64,000 bases of DNA, taken from contig CBDHDF010000002.1 of assembly GCA_965261545.1 (NCBI GenBank), forward strand, positions 643,016-707,015. The letters run 5' to 3'. Of this stretch, positions 52,401 to 60,922 are shown piece by piece. How positions within the stretch are numbered: the first letter of the stretch is position 1; every line of letters begins with the position of its first letter. Under the pieces are notes generated by a model. It searched no databases. It saw only the letters and a list, made by a program, of their open reading frames with translations, and had not been told where the DNA came from. This stretch comes from Bdellovibrionales bacterium (GTDB taxonomy: Bacteria > Bdellovibrionota > Bdellovibrionia > Bdellovibrionales > UBA1609). A program made the position numbers and the translations under genes.

Positions 52401-52773
52401 CCAAACCGGAGGGCGTATCGCATTTGATCAGGAAGTCAGCATCACCCCGCCATGGGGCCTCAAAAAATACAGCCTGATAGATCACATCTGCGCCGGACTT
52501 TATAGCATCGAGCGCTAAGGCTGCCCGATCTTGCAAATTGCGGTCTTTGGGAATTTCAATGACGGTTTTGCCTTCATCCTTCAGGTGCTGCAGGTAGGCT
52601 GCCTCATGTTCCAAACCTTTCTTCTGCAATAGTTGGCCGGTCGTGCTGGCCCCTGTAGTTTCCATATCTTCGCTCAGAGCTTTGACATCAAGAAAGCTCG
52701 CATGGTGACACCCCAAGAAGGTGACCAAGTCCGAAGGTGAGTAGAGAATCTGTTTGTCACCGTATTGCTGCAT
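49402..52773 (-). CDS. TM0106-family RecB-like nuclease fused to RNase H-like and Upf1/Dna2-type helicase domains
   Basis: SPSDL..FLGC.H, ADFL..DTKLA..QL..Y, CGHCNFC.W..C, FFDMEGDP..YHYNHYE..YNEVDC, QGPPGAGKT, DEAGQ, TVDKFQGQE, RLNVAISRA. Confidence 0.9.
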   Translation of the reverse strand: MQQYGDKQILYSPSDLVTFLGCHHASFLDVKALSEDMETTGASTTGQLLQKKGLEHEAAYLQHLKDEGKTVIEIPKDRNLQDRAALALDAIKSGADVIYQAVFFEAPWRGDADFLIKCDTPSGLGNFSYEVLDTKLARTAEPKNIMQLCVYSEILTKLQDLRPANMHLFLGDGEKHSFRVADFFYYYTRAKGRFENYIQNLPTESYSDPCGHCNFCQWRDGCKAQWEADNHLSLVANIQRSQMDKLRKAGIRTVADLATTSPDTKISNLSRDVFLRLHSQAVLQQHKATTGENKCEIIPFSMGKGFTRMPVPDDGDLFFDMEGDPLYPNGLEYLFGVYYLKSSKKSGEKIFKPFWAHNHKEEKETFKHFMVFLANHLKEHPHAHIYHYNHYETTALKRLACRYAVCEEQLDNLLRNQKFIDLYLVVRESIRISEPGYSIKDLETFYMGKRDNAVATAADSIIVYNEWRETGTDELLEKIADYNEVDCVSTHLLRDWLLTFKPDDAPWFKSLPEHAEEEELQRKNWEIEYEDYQNRLGITGENPPPSNERLAHLLEFHNREAKPQWWSHFERQNKFEDELIDDTECLGGLQQMGTPEPEKRSLIYTYRFPSQEYKLKVGSQAFNIASMESAGTIAEIDEGTVKIKRGAKRDPLPESLSIGPPGPIDSKIIRAAIYRYADHVLEAPENTHAATELLARNIPRIQGKQVGKDIITSDDLQDDALKAIAALDHSYLFIQGPPGAGKTYTSSHIIVDLIKRRKKIGITSNSHKAIHNLLKKVESIAAEKDVHFHGLKKASGGNRETFYDGSFILSKTKTEDMSLDADLFAGTAWTFANPHFDGQLDYLFIDEAGQVATANVVAMATSTKNIILVGDQMQLGQPIQGIHPGEAGLSVLEFLLGDHSTIPAERGIFLEKTRRMCPSICQFISNVFYDGRLTAHESTSERSLNLQQQGIDLPNEGIVMIPSDHEGCSQKSVEEGEIIKAKYQALLGQPFTDRDGTTHPITEDDILVVTPYNVQVNYLRSILPDTAKIGTVDKFQGQEAPIVLISMVTSSAKDLPRNIEFLYSKNRLNVAISRAQCLAVVVANPKLLETPCNTVEQMKLVNTFCCLDEYAQHTVMNTVMEVR

Positions 52774-52793
52774 CAACAAAAAACCTTTATATT

Positions 52794-53540
52794 TTATCTG
52801 TCATGGGCCTTCACAGCCTTGACGATATCTTCAAGGGAATGTTGTTCATGCATTAAAACCCCCTTGGCTTGGTAGTAGGATTTAGAAAATGTATCTCCCA
52901 ATGACCTGATCAAGCACTCCACAAAGGCACTGCCTTGGGGAATATCCTTCACAAGATCACGGTTAATATCAATCTCAATACCTTTGCCCTGGCTGAAAAC
53001 TTTGACAAGGTGCTTGGAGGTGCCGCCATATTTGCACTTCAAGCCTTCTTTAAACTCTTCCTTGATAAATCCGTACTCCATTTTCTGAGACAATTCATCA
53101 AAAATTTTCGCTCTTTCAAATTGTTCCCATGTCTTTCTTCGAATCTCTTGACTGGGGGTCAAATCAGAAGCTCTGCGTTGAAGCCAAATCTTTGTGTATT
53201 CGTTCAACCGATTCACATGAGTTTGAATCAAGTAATTGTTTTGATACTTGTCTCCGAGATCCCCTCGACGGGCTTTAATCTCCCATCTGTCGATAATCTC
53301 TCGCCAAGTCAACCCGCGACCTTCAATCTTTGCAATCTGCTCGATCACTTCTGTGAAAAGAGCTTTTTCAAGTTTTTGAGCCTCCCGAAAAGAAACAATT
53401 TTCTTTCTCTTACGTTGAAGTCTCAAATTTTTATCCTCTTTTCCTTTTGCTTGAACATAAACACAATAAAATTCTCTACCATTTTCTTTGTATGTACTAA
53501 CTGCCATAACAATAACCTCCTTTAATAAGTGAGGTTTCAA
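52794..53540 (-). pseudogene. Chimeric ORF: tyrosine integrase N-terminal part joined to an unrelated C-terminal segment
   Basis: First about 125 aa resemble integrase arm/core-binding regions; no R..HxxR..Y catalytic domain; follows an excisionase-like HTH. Confidence 0.55.
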
Positions 53541-53797
53541 TCAAGGCATCCAGTTCATTCCTCTTAAAAAGTAGAGTCTTCGACGAAATTTTCTAGCCTT
53601 AAGAATCTTTTATGAACCATGATTCTTAAAGCATTGGCACTTTTACGCAAATACCGAGCCGCTTCTTCTGTCGTCATCCATATTAAATTTTCAAAGAACA
53701 TATCAGAGTCACACACCTCAAGGTTAGCACTCTGATCACTGCCAAACACTTTCTGACAGGTACTTTTAACCATATCAAATACTCCTTTCTCAGGCAA
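53510..53797 (-). pseudogene. Excisionase-like HTH gene with two frameshifts
   Basis: WMTTEEAARYLRKSANALRIMV, then ARKFRRRLYF and KRNELDALIETS in two other frames. Confidence 0.65.
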
Positions 53798-54000
53798 GCG
53801 TTGTCCTAAGAATTTGTTAGTTTTTTAAATTTTTTTTGAGGTTTTTTTCTACTTTTAAGCTTGTTGTAAGTCATCTCTGCCCCTGGTGACATCATCAAAT
53901 GATTGGTGGAAGCTTAAAATTGAGGCTTTGAGGGCTATCGACTTCTGATGGAGGTTTGAATTGGACAACTGCCTGGCCCGAGGGGTTTAGAGGAACATTA

Positions 54001-54909
54001 TTATAGATACAGTTTTTCCTTGAGATCTTGATATTGTTCTTCATGTTTTTTGGGGTTAGTAGCTTTTAGTTTTTTCAGATTTTGAATTTTCCATTTTACA
54101 GCTGGAAAATGTTCAAAATTATAAATACTCCAATCTGGACTTATCCCTTTTATGCTTAGGAGAAAGGATTTGTCTTGATCGGTCAACGTACTTTTAATCT
54201 CCTTAATTAAATTTTCCCGAGTTTGTTCAAAATCATTATAGGAAAATTTTTCTTCACTCATCCCAATGAAATGGTTTTCCATAGTCTTGCGTTGGTCTTG
54301 TAAGCTAGGTGAGATAAGTTCGTTCATTGGACGGTTACTACACAGTAAGCACAATAAGAAACCTCTGCGAACTTCATAAGAGAATCCTTGATTTTTAAGA
54401 AGATATTTCACGTCAAACAAGTCCCTAGGATGCTGCCGATCTAGTGCTGCACAAATTTTTCCTCCATAAAGTTGACCTATTGGCACAACGGGCATGGATA
54501 CAAAGGCATCAAAGTCCGATTGTACCTTATCACATAAAAACATCTTTTTGGGGGGCGAAAATGTACCACGCATGACAAGGTTGACCTCTAGTTTTACCTG
54601 TACATGATTCAAAGAAATAAGAAGCTTTCCTTTATTATTATGGATAATGTGGGAGCCCCTAATTATTTTTTCTGTCTTATCTTTAATCCTCTCCAGTGCT
54701 ACACTGATACGAGCTAGAGTTATTGTTCTATTTTCAATGGGCAAATAGGTAAGATCAATATCCACTGACATTCTTGGCATATTAAGTACAAAAAGATTGA
54801 TCGCTGTCCCACCATGCAAGGCAAAGCAACTCTCCTTTGTAAGCCCTGAGAGAACATCAATTAACAATCGAACTTGATCTTTATATCTCTGGTTCTTCAT
54901 TTTTCTCAA
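54001..54909 (-). CDS. abiEii: AbiEii/AbiGii-type nucleotidyltransferase toxin (type IV TA)
   Basis: FALHGGTAINLF..RMSVDIDL, GGKICAALDRQHPRDLFD. Confidence 0.93.
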   Translation of the reverse strand: MRKMKNQRYKDQVRLLIDVLSGLTKESCFALHGGTAINLFVLNMPRMSVDIDLTYLPIENRTITLARISVALERIKDKTEKIIRGSHIIHNNKGKLLISLNHVQVKLEVNLVMRGTFSPPKKMFLCDKVQSDFDAFVSMPVVPIGQLYGGKICAALDRQHPRDLFDVKYLLKNQGFSYEVRRGFLLCLLCSNRPMNELISPSLQDQRKTMENHFIGMSEEKFSYNDFEQTRENLIKEIKSTLTDQDKSFLLSIKGISPDWSIYNFEHFPAVKWKIQNLKKLKATNPKKHEEQYQDLKEKLYL

Positions 54910-55663
54910 ATTCTTTTGGAACAGTTATTTTGTATTTACCTATGTAAACACCTTTTTTGACAAGACTTCTTTTCCCAGACCCTAAATCCACTTTCCTCAA
55001 ATTAAGAGAGTCTAGCCATTGGTGATTAAATTTCTCGGCTAAATATAAAAATAACCTCTTAACTTTTATAGATGAGCAATTTTCTAATAGTACCTGTACT
55101 GATTTGGGGCGCAGACTATTAAGTCCTTCCATCAACTCATAACATTCAAAAAGCTCTTGGTACTTAGGTGCAAGAAAGAGACACTCCATGATAGCACGAG
55201 CCGGACTGGATACTTTAATTGAGAAACCCTTTTCCTCTAAACTTTTCAAACCCATATCCACTGGCAAAAATGATGTTGCATAATAATCAACCTTCAGTTT
55301 CCATCTATAATTCTTGAACCATTCTGGCAACCTCTCTTGACTCCCTCCAAAAAGAACAACCCGACCAGCAGACATCTCTATATAATGACCTCTCCCTTGA
55401 AGGGATAGGGCTGTTCGTCCACCTATATGCACCGATAAGCCTGCTTGGTTTTGAAGGGCATATATTCCACCAGGATAATCCACAGAGTCGCCTGAGCGAA
55501 TCATCGCCCCGAAACCTATGGACTCAAGCCAGTCACTTTTTTTGTACCTTTTCTGGAGGTCTAAGCTGTACCCCTTTTGAACAAGCCATGAGGACAACAT
55601 GACTGTTCCATGGGGGGTTGTACTCAACAAATAGTTTATTTTTGTCTTCTTTTTGGTACTCAT
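54881..55663 (-). CDS. abiEi: AbiEi-family antitoxin/transcriptional regulator
   Basis: KIN.LL...P.G..WL..GY..Y..S.W, GGRTAL..G..HY, S.P.RAIME, C.SIKVKRLFL, LGSGKR; overlaps the toxin start. Confidence 0.92.
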   Translation of the reverse strand: MSTKKKTKINYLLSTTPHGTVMLSSWLVQKGYSLDLQKRYKKSDWLESIGFGAMIRSGDSVDYPGGIYALQNQAGLSVHIGGRTALSLQGRGHYIEMSAGRVVLFGGSQERLPEWFKNYRWKLKVDYYATSFLPVDMGLKSLEEKGFSIKVSSPARAIMECLFLAPKYQELFECYELMEGLNSLRPKSVQVLLENCSSIKVKRLFLYLAEKFNHQWLDSLNLRKVDLGSGKRSLVKKGVYIGKYKITVPKEFEKNEEPEI

Positions 55664-55764
55664 AATACCAAAATATCATAAAATATGAACTATGACAAGG
55701 CCAATAGTTTATTTTAAATTATAAAAAGGTACTGTAAGTACCTTAAAAATGAAAAATATAAACT
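55630..55764. promoter_or_regulatory. Twin palindromic operators of abiE, one overlapping the start codon
   Basis: Two about 62-bp units AATAGTTTATTTT-N12-GGTACT-N4-TACC-N10-AAAATATRAACT at 55630-55691 and 55703-55764. Confidence 0.7.
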
Positions 55765-55780
55765 CTCCTTTGATCTTATC

Positions 55781-56100
55781 AACCACTATCGGCTAAAGCC
55801 GATAGTTTGGAAAAACGCTTGCAAAGCAGATTATAGCGTAAACGCCTTCGTATCAGAACTCACTTACTCTTAAAGTCCACTTTTTTTGTGATGCTCTTCT
55901 TGTTTCTATATCCTTTTTGCGTCTTCTCCATTTACATTGTACAGAATTAAGTACCCCCCAAAATATTGGCTCCGCTCTCTTTCTCTTTGTATGCTCCTAC
56001 TATAGCACTTCAAATTATAGAAACTATGTGATCCTTTACAGTATCCTGGCAGAAGGATACTAAAGTTTTCGCCTAAAGGCGAGGGTGTCAACCCTCCCCA
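55781..56100 (-). mobile_element. Internally deleted IS200/IS605-type remnant with both subterminal hairpins
   Basis: ACTATCGGC-TAAA-GCCGATAGT (55785-806) and TCGCC-TAAA-GGCGA (about 56069-82); degraded tnpA-like reading QEEHHKK between them. Confidence 0.6.
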
Positions 56101-56398
56101 GCGGCTACATGAAAATGACACTTCACCTGCAAATGGAACTCTAAATTAGCCTAGATGACTGGTGCTCCTTGTTGATTAAATTTTGGTTCTTTCCAAACCT
56201 AATTTAATCAAACTTGTGGCATCTTGGATATTTTTTTCTAAAAACCTTGATTTTATCGGTGTTTCACGGTGCCAAGGGTCCAAAACAATTTACTGTAGCT
56301 AATTTTAAGAAAATTAACTCATTTTCGTGACGAATTCAAGTACTTAGGATCTGTTAAAAAATAACTTAGACATTTTCAGATTTTTTTGTTAAAATTTA

Positions 56399-56496
56399 TG
56401 AGTGATATCAGACAAGGATCGTCGCTTAAGGCTAAATCTCTCTGAAACTTTTCATTTATTAAATGAAAAGCAAAAAAGAATTTTAGCAGGATCAGA
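56399..56496 (+). pseudogene. N-terminal scrap of a possible ISAzo13-family transposase, cut by the partial IS256
   Basis: Reads LSETFHLLNEKQKRILAGSE (LNE.Q.R motif) and ends at the IS256 end. Confidence 0.4.
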
Positions 56497-57287
56497 GGGA
56501 CTGTAAAAATAATTGTGTAACTGCAATTTTTTTCTTAAATCTTAAAGCCACTTATGTGGCTCCACTCCTGGTAAAAAGCACAGCTCCATATTATTCGTCA
56601 ATGTATAATTGACATTTGTTCCTTCAAGCGATTTTGTCAGTCACAATGCATTATAAGTTAATGGGGAGATGGAGCCGTAATGGGATCATATCAGAACTGG
56701 AAAGAACTCAAATAAATAATTATCATCTTGGTTGGAAAAAAATCAGCAATGGTTCTCTCAAAAAAATGGAAATTCCAATCTCATCAAAGGGTTCATGTGT
56801 TTAGGTTCCCATACTATATTACCCCCTTTTTTTTATTTTTTTTAACTTAGGATATTCGAGAAATACCAGCATTGGGATGAAATATGAAAAAAAATGGAAA
56901 CCCAAATCTGCACCAAGAGGGCATGTATTTAGGTTCCCATACTATATTACCCTAACCATAGTCTCGGTATTCCAGTACTTCTGTCAACGCCTTAGAGGGG
57001 CTTTTAAGCCCCCTTATAAGGCAGGTGGTGGACCTTATTAAAAAACTTAGTTGTCAAAACGGTCACCGTATTCAATGGCAAACCTGTTCATGGCTGGCTT
57101 CCAGTTGTGTAATGGTCGTGTCCATCGCTTAGAGGCCATTTTTATCGCTAAATATACAACTTTTAAAGCCGACCGATCACTGGGAAATATCTTACGATTT
57201 CTGATCGCCTTGCGGATCACGCTATTTAACGACTCTATGGCGTTTGTGGTATAAAAAATCTTTCTGATTTCATCCGGATAATCGAAA
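56497..57287 (-). mobile_element. Partial IS256 copy (right end plus 3' end of the transposase), inverted relative to the full copy
   Basis: Near-identical reverse complement of about 59889-60742, with one internal deletion of about 63 bp. Confidence 0.93.
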
Positions 57288-57378
57288 GATGTCAAAACTT
57301 TATCGAATATTATTGAGATCATAACAAGTTATAAATTAGATTTAGATTGTTTAGTTATGGATAAGGGTTTTTCGTAAC
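57288..57378 (+). pseudogene. Internal fragment of a second, diverged IS1634 transposase
   Basis: Reads DVKTLSNIIEIITSYKLDLDCLVMDKGFS; the intact copy has DVTTLRNVTDLVGRYKLNLDILVMDKGFYS. Confidence 0.65.
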
Positions 57379-57517
57379 ATTCATGGGGGCGCCTTGCTTT
57401 CCCACCCACGCTCGCCCATGAGTCTTTTATAGATTCCCTACTCTTCATGCAAAGAGTTTGAAATGCCACGAAGCACAAATGAGTTCCGTGGAACAATTTT
57501 GCTTTCATCTTCACGCC

Positions 57518-58300
57518 TCAAGCTACCACCTGAGAATTGTGAGCCACGGGCCTTTCTTGGCGAGCATTCGTGGGAAGATAGCTCATAAGTGCGTGTTCAA
57601 GAACATAGGGGGCCTGCCCCTTTGCCATACCAACCACAGCATCACACACTATAGACTGTAGAAGTTGCTCCTCTTCAGCTCGAAGCTCTAGCTTGTCTGC
57701 AATAGGCTTGGCCACCATATGGGCCAAAATAGCACCATACAAAGTTGTGAGAAGGGCAATGGCCATGGCAGGTCCCACGAGTTTCGGGTCAGACATATGA
57801 GATAGCATTTGCACAAGACCTATAAGAGTCCCAATCATTCCCATGGCAGGGGCCACATCACTTAGAGCACGAAAAATCTTTCGCCCATTTTCATGACGAA
57901 CTGCTGTTTGAAGTTTTTCACGCATGAGAATGCTCTGGCAAATCTCTGGATCAGTGGCATCCACAAGCATATCAATGCCTCGGGCAAGAAATCCATTGCG
58001 GACCTTGACATTGGTCAGGGCCAAAGGTCCGTCTTTGCGAATGACTCTAGAAAGCCCAATCACTTCTGCAATAAGATCTAGAGGATCATCGACTTTGAAA
58101 ATAAACGCCTTCATTGCCACAGCAAAGGCCGTCTTCATTTTGCCCAAGCTAAACTTCATTGTGACGACAAATAAAGCTCCTCCAGCAACAATAAGAACCG
58201 CAGGAATATTAAAGAAGAGGAAAGGGCTTCCTCCAAGGACAATAGCCAACCCAACAATCACCAAGCCACCGATAAAACCAATTATTGTTGCAAAGTCCAT
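57518..58300 (-). CDS. pomA: Flagellar stator A subunit (PomA/MotA), with no adjacent B subunit
   Basis: MDFATIIG..LIVAGG, RKDG.LAL, APAMGMIGTLIGLVQML, GPAMAIALLTTLYG, PIADKL. Confidence 0.88.
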   Translation of the reverse strand: MDFATIIGFIGGLVIVGLAIVLGGSPFLFFNIPAVLIVAGGALFVVTMKFSLGKMKTAFAVAMKAFIFKVDDPLDLIAEVIGLSRVIRKDGPLALTNVKVRNGFLARGIDMLVDATDPEICQSILMREKLQTAVRHENGRKIFRALSDVAPAMGMIGTLIGLVQMLSHMSDPKLVGPAMAIALLTTLYGAILAHMVAKPIADKLELRAEEEQLLQSIVCDAVVGMAKGQAPYVLEHALMSYLPTNARQERPVAHNSQVVA

Positions 58301-58379
58301 AGGGGCTCCTGGTTATTGTATATGCTCATGTATACATAATATATAGCTACGACATGCATTATAGCTACTGCATGTATAT

Positions 58380-58407
58380 ATATCGGAACACCCACCTAAA
58401 AACCTTA
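58380..58407 (-). promoter_or_regulatory. Putative sigma-28 promoter for pomA
   Basis: Minus strand TAAG-N16-TCCGATAT. Confidence 0.5.
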
Positions 58408-58596
58408 TTGTACTTAATTTTGTAATTTTGTAACATTATTATATTTAATTTTGTATCTATGCAGAGGGTATCGCTTTCATTCAAGAGATTCTTAATGAAA
58501 ATAGTACTATTCAGAAGGTCGCATCGCCTCATAACGTATTACCGTATAGTGTATAGTATATTACCTCATAAATAAACGATACGATAGTTAAGACAC

Positions 58597-58624
58597 TCAA
58601 AATTTCTTGTTGAATAACCGATAA
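58597..58624 (+). promoter_or_regulatory. Putative sigma-28 promoter facing IS256 and the DUF285 gene
   Basis: TCAA-N16-ACCGATAA. Confidence 0.45.
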
Positions 58625-58853
58625 CGATTCATAGGTAAAATTCATAGGTAAATATGATGGATGATAGTTGTTAGACGACAATAGTGACATTTCATTTTTA
58701 TTTCTTTATGTCATTTGTGGACAATTTTGATTTATTTTGTAACGGAATAAAGAAAAAGAAGAATTTTAGAGTGAGTATTTGGATTATTGTGAGACAGTAA
58801 ATAAGAATTTCTTGTCAGATTCAACAATTTAACTGTATTCTTTAGAAATACAG

Positions 58854-60742
58854 GAGCCTGTAAACTATTTTGTGTAACTGCCGAATCATATTAGGATGAA
58901 CTATCATCCTGAAAGGAGAAGGCAAAATGGATATCAAGACAATAGGCAAGGAACTAGCGAAGAACGTCAAGACCCAAAAGGATTTATCCGACATAACGGG
59001 TCAACTGATGAAGGTTGTTTTAGAGACAGCTCTTAATGCGGAAATGGACGATCACCTAGGTTATGAGAGGCATGAGAAGTCTGAGACCCGCAAATCCAAC
59101 ACTCGCAATGGTTACAGTAGAAAGACCATAAAGGGAGAGAAAGGCGAGGTGGAGCTTCAGGTCCCCCGTGACCGAAGTGCCTCCTTTGAGCCCCAAGTCA
59201 TTCCCAAAGGCAAGACTCGTCTTGAGGGCTTTGAAGACAGTATTCTGACCCTCTATGCGAGGGGAATGACGACCAGGGATATTCAAGGAGCTATCAAAGA
59301 CCTCTACCATGGTGCAGAGATATCCCACTCAGTGATAGCCAACGTGACGGATGCTGTTATTGATGAAGTTACGGCTTGGCAGAACCGCCCCTTGGATAGC
59401 ACTTACCCTATCGTATTTTTGGACTGTATCGTGGTGAAGGTCCATCAAGACAAGAGAGTTATTAATAAGGCGATTTACCTAGCTCTTGGTATTACAGAGG
59501 AGGGTCAGAAAGACTTGTTGGGCCTATGGATTTCTGAAAATGAGGGTTCAAAGTTTTGGTTGAGTGTTTTGACTGAGCTGCAAAATCGAGGGTTGAAAGA
59601 CGTATTTATATTTTCTGTAGATGGTCTTACAGGTTTTCCTCAAGCCATTTCAGCGGCTTTTCCCAAGTCTAAAGTACAACTGTGCATTGTCCATATGGTC
59701 CGCAATTCCCTTCGCTATGTTCCTTCCAAGGATATGAAAGCTGTCGCCCAAGACCTCAAGTCCATTTATGGCTCTACGACTCTGACAGAAGCTGAAAAGG
59801 CCCTTGAGGAATTTTGTACCAAGTGGTCTTCAAAGTATCCGAATATTGAAAAGTCTTGGCGTAGGAATTGGGACAATCTCATCACTATTTTCGATTATCC
59901 GGATGAAATCAGAAAGATTTTTTATACCACAAACGCCATAGAGTCGTTAAATAGCGTGATCCGCAAGGCGATCAGAAATCGTAAGATATTTCCCAGTGAT
60001 CGGTCGGCTTTAAAAGTTGTATATTTAGCGATAAAAATGGCCTCTAAGCGATGGACACGACCATTACACAACTGGAAGCCAGCCATGAACAGGTTTGCCA
60101 TTGAATACGGTGACCGTTTTGACAACTAAGTTTTTTAATAAGGTCCACCACCTGCCTTATAAGGGGGCTTAAAAGCCCCTCTAAGGCGTTGACAGAAGTA
60201 CTGGAATACCGAGACTATGGTTAGGGTAATATAGTATGGGAACCTAAATACATGCCCTCTTGGTGCAGATTTGGGTTCCCATTTTTTTTCATATTTCATC
60301 CCAATTCTGGTATTTCTCGAATATCCTAAGTTAAAAAAAATAAAAAAAAGGGGGTAATATAGTATGGGAACCTAAACACATGAACCCTTTGATGAGATTG
60401 GAATTTCCATTTTTTTGAGAGAGCCATTGCTGATTTTTTTTCAACCAAGATGATAATTATTTATTTGAGTTCTTTCCAGTTCTGATATGATCCCATTACG
60501 GCTCCATAATACAATCAAAAGTCCAGAGTAACTAAAGAGGCCAATTATATAGACCAGCGAAGATGTCCACCTCCCCATTAACTTATAATGCATTGTGACT
60601 GACAAAATCGCTTGAAGGAAAAAATGTCAATTATACATTGACGAATAATATGGGACTGTGCTTTTTACCAGGAGTGGAGCCACATAAGTGGCTTTAAGAT
60701 TTAAGAAAAAAATTGCAGTTACACAATTATTTTTACAGTCCC
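58854..60742 (+). mobile_element. IS256-family insertion sequence (1889 bp, long 3' tail)
   Basis: Imperfect 28-bp IRs GAGCCTGTAAACTATTTTGTGTAACTGC / GGGACTGTAAAAATAATTGTGTAACTGC; 8-bp TSD AAATACAG at 58846-53 and 60743-50. Confidence 0.95.
58927..60129 (+). CDS. IS256-family transposase
   Basis: RNGY, VPRDR..FEP, YARGMTTRDI, VFLD, DGLTG, QLCIVH, YTTNAIES. Confidence 0.97.
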   Translation: MDIKTIGKELAKNVKTQKDLSDITGQLMKVVLETALNAEMDDHLGYERHEKSETRKSNTRNGYSRKTIKGEKGEVELQVPRDRSASFEPQVIPKGKTRLEGFEDSILTLYARGMTTRDIQGAIKDLYHGAEISHSVIANVTDAVIDEVTAWQNRPLDSTYPIVFLDCIVVKVHQDKRVINKAIYLALGITEEGQKDLLGLWISENEGSKFWLSVLTELQNRGLKDVFIFSVDGLTGFPQAISAAFPKSKVQLCIVHMVRNSLRYVPSKDMKAVAQDLKSIYGSTTLTEAEKALEEFCTKWSSKYPNIEKSWRRNWDNLITIFDYPDEIRKIFYTTNAIESLNSVIRKAIRNRKIFPSDRSALKVVYLAIKMASKRWTRPLHNWKPAMNRFAIEYGDRFDN

Positions 60743-60922
60743 AAATACAGTGGAGTTATACTTACATAATTTTATAGAAATTTAATTTTCATAGAAATTT
60801 AAATAATTAATTATTTCTTTTTTTTATTTCTTCGAGATGGAGCGTCTTCGATTTTAGAAAAGTAAGAAAATATAATTCAAACAAAGAACAAAGACAAAGA
60901 ACAAAGAACCAAGGAGTGTTAA

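Noticed and set aside
57518-58300. Zorya ZorA defence component
   Set aside because: Typical flagellar PomA length and motifs; no long ZorA tail and no zorB/C/D/E
56497-60742. Composite transposon carrying pomA
   Set aside because: The AAATACAG duplication flanks only the full IS256; the outer left flank (GGATCAGA) differs, so there is no sign it moved as a unit
45966-60922. tRNA attachment site or att repeats bounding the island
   Set aside because: No tRNA or flanking direct repeat found by eye
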